DNA of 64,000 nucleotides from a bacterium (GTDB lineage Bacteria; SZUA-182; DTGQ01; JBLIRR01): NCBI GenBank assembly GCA_049472395.1, contig JBLIRR010000029.1, positions 3,286 to 67,285 of the forward strand, read 5' to 3'. Shown piece by piece: positions 59,171 to 64,000 of this stretch (position 1 is its first letter; each line of letters starts with the position of its first letter). The notes under the pieces were generated by a model. It saw only the letters and a program-made list of their open reading frames with translations, ran no database searches and was not told where the DNA came from. The position numbers and the translations under genes were made by a program.

Positions 59171-62100
59171 TTATAGGTCAAATTCACTAAGAAATGTATG
59201 CACTGTTAAATTATAATCGCGATATAACTTGATAAGTCGTGCGCGAAGTTCCTCTTTGCCTTTTAAGCCATAAGGTCGATAATACATAATAGTGTTATTT
59301 GTAAGGGTGAGGTTATCGCTATGTGTATATGAGAGGGGCTCCTCATGATTATCATAAATCCTGTTATACTGAATACTCAGTGCAACGTTGCTGGCGATTG
59401 TAATGCCTCTCTCAAAATTGCGAAAGATATTGTTGTTATCTACAATTGAATCCCCGCACAGGGCACTGTCCTCGCACTCAAAATAAATACCGCTTCTTCC
59501 GTTATAGGCAATGGTAGTATCTTTTAAGTCCAGCGCGCAATCGCCCATGCACGCAATCCCATGCGCCTGATTATTGGAGATGACACAATTATGGATTGTA
59601 GGATTAGCCTTAGATATCTGGATAGCTGCTTGAGCATTTAATAGTGATGCCCTCACCCCTGTAATCTGGCAATACTGCAATTTGCAATTATCAGAGCAGC
59701 CTTGCATGAATGTGATTCCTTCCCAGCCTCCCATGCACGGTGAAGAAGAGGCAGATGTAAACACAATGGGATTATCTTGTGAGCCATTGGCTCGGATTTC
59801 ACCATACACCGTAAGAGAGCTTTCAAAAAATTGTACTTTAACCCCAGGATCGATGGTCAAGGTGGCGCCGTTTTCAACTATAATATCACCGGTCACAGTG
59901 TAAGGGCTACTGGCCAGGCCCAAAGTTAAAGTGCCTGAAATAGAGCCGGATAAAGAGGTATGCTCAGTTACACACCTTCCTCCCAATCCAATATCTACCT
60001 GGCCTGTGCCAAAAAAATTAGTGCTCATTATATGCAAGTATGTGGTATGCTCACCTAAAGAGTCAGGGTGGTAGACCACTCTTACATCGGCGAATGTTCC
60101 TGCCTCCACAATTAAGGGCGCAGTTGTCTCACACCCAAAATTGCCTGTATCCTCAATGCTTAAGCCATCAATCGTAATATCCGCCTCGCCGCTGTTTTCA
60201 ATATGCAGGTTCGCATATTTACGCGCTCCTTTGGGGACATCAAAGAATTCATGATCAGGGAAACTCAGAAGTATGCTATTTCCTCCTTGGGCCCCCATAT
60301 CATTTCTGGAGCTATCAAGATCATTGAACAATGGATTTGGGCAGCCCGTATTTAAACAGGGTGAGCTTGCCTTTAGACTGTAGTCGCCTGCCATGGGATT
60401 GACCGGATTATAAGAGGTAAAGAGCGGGTCTTCGCTTATGGTGCCCTCTCCTGCGCTCCCGTCAGAAATAGTAGAATAGGTTGCGGAACAATTCAGTAAA
60501 TCCTGCCCCTGGTTATCCCAGAGGATACAGTTTGCAATAATCGGTTTTGAATACAGGGAATCACTGCAACAGATGCCGCCCCCTTCACCCCCTGTTTTAT
60601 TTGAGACAATGGTATTATTGTAAATCACGGGTGACGATAAGAGGCAGTAGATGGCGCCCCCTTTAATTCTTGACTCATTTGCAACAATTATGTTATTGGC
60701 AATTATCGGTGTAGCCTCGGGAGCGCAGGAGAGAGCCCCGCCAAAATATCCTCCATCATTGCCCATGATGCTATTGTCTTTAATCAAGGGCATAGATCCG
60801 GAAGCGCACGCAATCCCCCCTCCGCTCAGATCAGATGTATTATTGGAAATATCATTATTGACAATGAAGGGTGAGGCGCCATTGTGGCAGAATATTCCTG
60901 CTCCTTCGGAAGAAGCCTTGTTATCAATAATTATATTGTTTTTAATGATCGGTGACGCATTCTCAAGACATACTATGCCGCCCCCATATTCCTCCCATCC
61001 GCTCGTAATAGTAAAACCCTCAAGGATAGTCTCCCTCTGTACACCCGAATTAAAGATCACCACACTCCCGTCTCCACTTCCGTTAAGGATAGTGCTCGCA
61101 GGGCCAGCTATGCTTTTTATTGTAATAGCTTTATCAATAAGAATACTATTCTCATCATAGATGCCGGAGGCTACATTTATAATCATCCCGTCCCTTGCAC
61201 TCTCAATTGCTCCCTGAATAGTCTTAAAGGGATTTTCTTCGCTTCCATCCTCCGTATCAGAGCCACTGTTTATGTCAACGTAAATATTACCATCACCCTG
61301 CTGCTTTTTTATTGGCAAGGCAAGCCCTTTTGATCTATGATCCAACGGGCCTATATATGTTGGAACGCCTGTAGTAGTAAGACGGTATAGTTTGTAATCA
61401 CTATAATCATCCGACCAAAGAAAAACGCCCTCCTCTTCCCAGTAAGTGAGGGCCCCTACACAATTACTAAATGGAATTCCGATGTTCGTGATAGTTCCCG
61501 TATCAAGGTTTATAGACTCAAAAATCTCTTCACCACTATATCCTGACATATGGTACATGAAACCATCATCAGGATTAAAAGCAATGCCCTCGCCATCATC
61601 CCCATTTCCCAATTTCATAAAATAGTTTAGTCTAGCATTTGTTTTATCAAGAATAAAAAGTGTCTCCGCCTCATCACCACCATCGCCCGTCACACCATAC
61701 AGAGTACCGACAGAATCAAATGCCAGGCCAGAGATATAATCGCTTAATGTCCCAATACTTGTGGCACTACCAGTTGCCGGATCAATAGTAACCAGCTCCC
61801 GTTCACCGGAGTAAAGCTTGAGCACCGCCCATAGCAGACCCGTCGTTGGATCCATTGCAAGGCCCTTTCCTCCTTCCACTTTTTCACCTTCAAGAGTAAT
61901 TTGAACTTTCCACATTGTTGAGGCATCCATAGGACTAATTATATGCAAGAAGTCGTCATAACTTGAGATAGAATAGAGACCTTGTGCGAGTAATATATAA
62001 TCATGCTTTGTGATACTATCACTCCCACATTCGGTAGTGATAGTCATAGTCACATCATAAGAGCCATAATTAGAGTAGGTATGAGATACATTCACATTCG

Positions 62101-64000
62101 TTCCACTTTCACTAGTACCATCCCCAAAATCCCACGAAAAGCGAGCTCCTGGATAAAGACTTCCAAAAGATGATAAGGCATCGAAATGAACTATGCCTGA
62201 TTTCCCAATGCCTATGGTTTTATCCGCAGTAAATTGTGCCCGTGGTATACATAAGTCAACGCCAATATATTCATAGGCCCCCATATCTGCTTCGGAGCCC
62301 TGTGGACGCTTAATTCCTGCGTTATCCGAAGAAGGCGCATCAGGTGTGCTGCCAGCGTCAATGCACGGAGATGCGGACATTAGATAATAGTCACCCTCTG
62401 CACTATTTATAAACGTTGGATCAGCATTAATATTACCTTCTCCCGAATAAACCTCTTCAGATTCCAATTGGACGTTAGAATATGTAACGGAGGTATAGCC
62501 GCCGTACCCTCCATCATCTTCATAAATCTCATCATAACTTCCTCCTGCAGTATCGTCCCACAAGATGCTATTAATAAATGCAAGGCTTGATTCATAGTTA
62601 TAAATCCCACCACCATCATATTCAGCGATATTTCTGCTGATAGTGCAATTTGTTGTTATCGCATCGGAGTAATCAAAATAAATACCACCACCATAATAAG
62701 CCGAATTTCCACCGATAACGCAATTGGTAATGGTGGGGGAAGAGTCATAAAAATAAATACCGCCCCCATCTTCATCAGATATATTACCAATGATGGTGCA
62801 ATCAGTTATTATCGCATCAGAGTTTTCACAATCGATCCCACCACCATCATAATCAGATATATTATTGTTAATAGTGCAATTGGTCATGGTTGAGGAGGAG
62901 TAATATAAACAGATTCCACCACCATACTCTTCAGCTATATTATTATTGATGGTGCAATTAGTTATTATCGCATCAGAGTAATCACAGCAAATACCACCAC
63001 CATAATCATCACATATATTTCCGTTGATAGTACAATTGGTCATGGTTGAGGAGGAATCGTAAAAATAAATCCCTCCACCATCATAATCAGATATATTATT
63101 GTTGATAGTACAATTGGTCATGGTTGAGGAGGAGTTGTAAAAATACATCCCTCCACCATCTTCATCAGCTATATTACCACTAATGGTGCAAGCGGCTATT
63201 ACCGCATCGGAGTAATCAAAATAAATACCACCGCCCTCATCATGCTCACATATATTATCGTTAATCATACAATTGGTTAAAGTAAACGAGGAGTGATCAC
63301 AATACATCCCTCCACCATAGTCATCAGCTATATTATTACTGATGCTGCAATCAGTTATTGTCGCATCGGAGTCCTCAAAATAAATACCTCCACCATCATC
63401 AGTATAAGCTTCGTTGTTGCTAATTGTGCAATTAGTTATTGTCAGGTCAGAGTCTTCACAATACATCCCTCCACCATAGTCATCAGCTATATTACTACTG
63501 ATGATGCAATCAGTTATTGTCGCATCGGAGTCCTCAAAATAAATACCTCCACCATTATCATAATAAGCGTCGTTGTTGCTAATTGTGCAATTAGTTATTG
63601 TCGGGTCAGAGTCTTCACAATAAATACCTCCACCATCATAATGAGCTGTATTTCCACTGATGGTGCATTCAGCTATTGTGGCATCGGAGTAATAAAAATA
63701 AATACCTCCACCATCATAAAAATCAGCTTCGTTGTTGCTAATTGTGCAATTAGTTATTGTCGGATCAGAATATTCACAATAAATACCTCCACCATAATAA
63801 TAAGCTGTATTTCCACTGATGATGCAATTGGTTATTGTCGGTGATGAGCCCTTACAATAAATACCTCCACCATCAGAGGTAGAAGCGTTTTGTAAAGTAA
63901 ATCCATCCAAGATCGAGTCATCACTCTCCCCACTATTAAAAGTCACTATACTTCCATCGCCATTACCATCGATAACAGTCACCTCAGCCCCATTTTCCGA
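59171..64000 (-). CDS. Large secreted/surface protein: GGGIY beta-helix repeats, PKD domain, beta-propeller, further beta-helices and an Ig-like domain; 5' end lies beyond the window
   Basis: Frame is open to base 64000; many GGGIYx..S..TITNC.I.NN repeats; FSWDFGDG (PKD); YVD...GSD..DGS..NPFKTIQ.AI; SPCIDAG...DMGAYE. Confidence 0.88.
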   Translation of the reverse strand, partial: SENGAEVTVIDGNGDGSIVTFNSGESDDSILDGFTLQNASTSDGGGIYCKGSSPTITNCIISGNTAYYYGGGIYCEYSDPTITNCTISNNEADFYDGGGIYFYYSDATIAECTISGNTAHYDGGGIYCEDSDPTITNCTISNNDAYYDNGGGIYFEDSDATITDCIISSNIADDYGGGMYCEDSDLTITNCTISNNEAYTDDGGGIYFEDSDATITDCSISNNIADDYGGGMYCDHSSFTLTNCMINDNICEHDEGGGIYFDYSDAVIAACTISGNIADEDGGGMYFYNSSSTMTNCTINNNISDYDGGGIYFYDSSSTMTNCTINGNICDDYGGGICCDYSDAIITNCTINNNIAEEYGGGICLYYSSSTMTNCTINNNISDYDGGGIDCENSDAIITDCTIIGNISDEDGGGIYFYDSSPTITNCVIGGNSAYYGGGIYFDYSDAITTNCTISRNIAEYDGGGIYNYESSLAFINSILWDDTAGGSYDEIYEDDGGYGGYTSVTYSNVQLESEEVYSGEGNINADPTFINSAEGDYYLMSASPCIDAGSTPDAPSSDNAGIKRPQGSEADMGAYEYIGVDLCIPRAQFTADKTIGIGKSGIVHFDALSSFGSLYPGARFSWDFGDGTSESGTNVNVSHTYSNYGSYDVTMTITTECGSDSITKHDYILLAQGLYSISSYDDFLHIISPMDASTMWKVQITLEGEKVEGGKGLAMDPTTGLLWAVLKLYSGERELVTIDPATGSATSIGTLSDYISGLAFDSVGTLYGVTGDGGDEAETLFILDKTNARLNYFMKLGNGDDGEGIAFNPDDGFMYHMSGYSGEEIFESINLDTGTITNIGIPFSNCVGALTYWEEEGVFLWSDDYSDYKLYRLTTTGVPTYIGPLDHRSKGLALPIKKQQGDGNIYVDINSGSDTEDGSEENPFKTIQGAIESARDGMIINVASGIYDENSILIDKAITIKSIAGPASTILNGSGDGSVVIFNSGVQRETILEGFTITSGWEEYGGGIVCLENASPIIKNNIIIDNKASSEGAGIFCHNGASPFIVNNDISNNTSDLSGGGIACASGSMPLIKDNSIMGNDGGYFGGALSCAPEATPIIANNIIVANESRIKGGAIYCLLSSPVIYNNTIVSNKTGGEGGGICCSDSLYSKPIIANCILWDNQGQDLLNCSATYSTISDGSAGEGTISEDPLFTSYNPVNPMAGDYSLKASSPCLNTGCPNPLFNDLDSSRNDMGAQGGNSILLSFPDHEFFDVPKGARKYANLHIENSGEADITIDGLSIEDTGNFGCETTAPLIVEAGTFADVRVVYHPDSLGEHTTYLHIMSTNFFGTGQVDIGLGGRCVTEHTSLSGSISGTLTLGLASSPYTVTGDIIVENGATLTIDPGVKVQFFESSLTVYGEIRANGSQDNPIVFTSASSSPCMGGWEGITFMQGCSDNCKLQYCQITGVRASLLNAQAAIQISKANPTIHNCVISNNQAHGIACMGDCALDLKDTTIAYNGRSGIYFECEDSALCGDSIVDNNNIFRNFERGITIASNVALSIQYNRIYDNHEEPLSYTHSDNLTLTNNTIMYYRPYGLKGKEELRARLIKLYRDYNLTVHTFLSEFDL
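62560..63890 (-). repeat. Tandem ~25-26-aa acidic beta-helix repeats
   Basis: Recurring AAATACCTCCACCAT / TGCAATTAGTTATT DNA units on the plus strand. Confidence 0.9.

Noticed and set aside
56076-60466. Repeat pair as a diversity-generating retroelement template/variable repeat
   Set aside because: Mismatches involve all bases rather than only adenines, and no reverse transcriptase is in the window. The same applies to the 7185/8752 pair.

Overview
AT-rich bacterial window, probably from an anaerobe, with four blocks. (1) 1-8.6 kb: the 3' end of an RHS polymorphic toxin with a probable immunity gene, a cooF-cooS-FAD/NAD oxidoreductase (Ni-CO dehydrogenase) operon behind a consensus sigma70 promoter, and a few small genes. 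(2) 8.7-18 kb, minus strand: a tightly coupled nine-gene operon (UbiA prenyltransferase, OYE-type flavin reductase, ACP, SPT/AONS-type PLP enzyme, DAG/sphingosine-kinase-like, ThiL-like kinase, FabF-type ketosynthase, extended SDR, radical SAM/SPASM) that looks like an uncharacterised lipid or aminolipid pathway. (3) 18.5-21 kb: decayed genes (multiheme cytochrome c, transposase). (4) 21.2-55.9 kb, minus strand: a ~34 kb extracellular contractile injection system (eCIS, Afp/PVC-like) with a sigma54-type promoter, very large baseplate proteins (2409 and 2097 aa) carrying repeat-domain insertions, two different tail fibres plus a phage-type chaperone, no visible PAAR, and a Cys/His hydrolase-type effector with a candidate immunity gene. 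This is followed by pseudogenes (DUF4157 effector, AraC), a radical SAM gene and the 3' part of a large beta-helix/PKD surface protein. All calls come from reading motifs by eye; no database searches were run.
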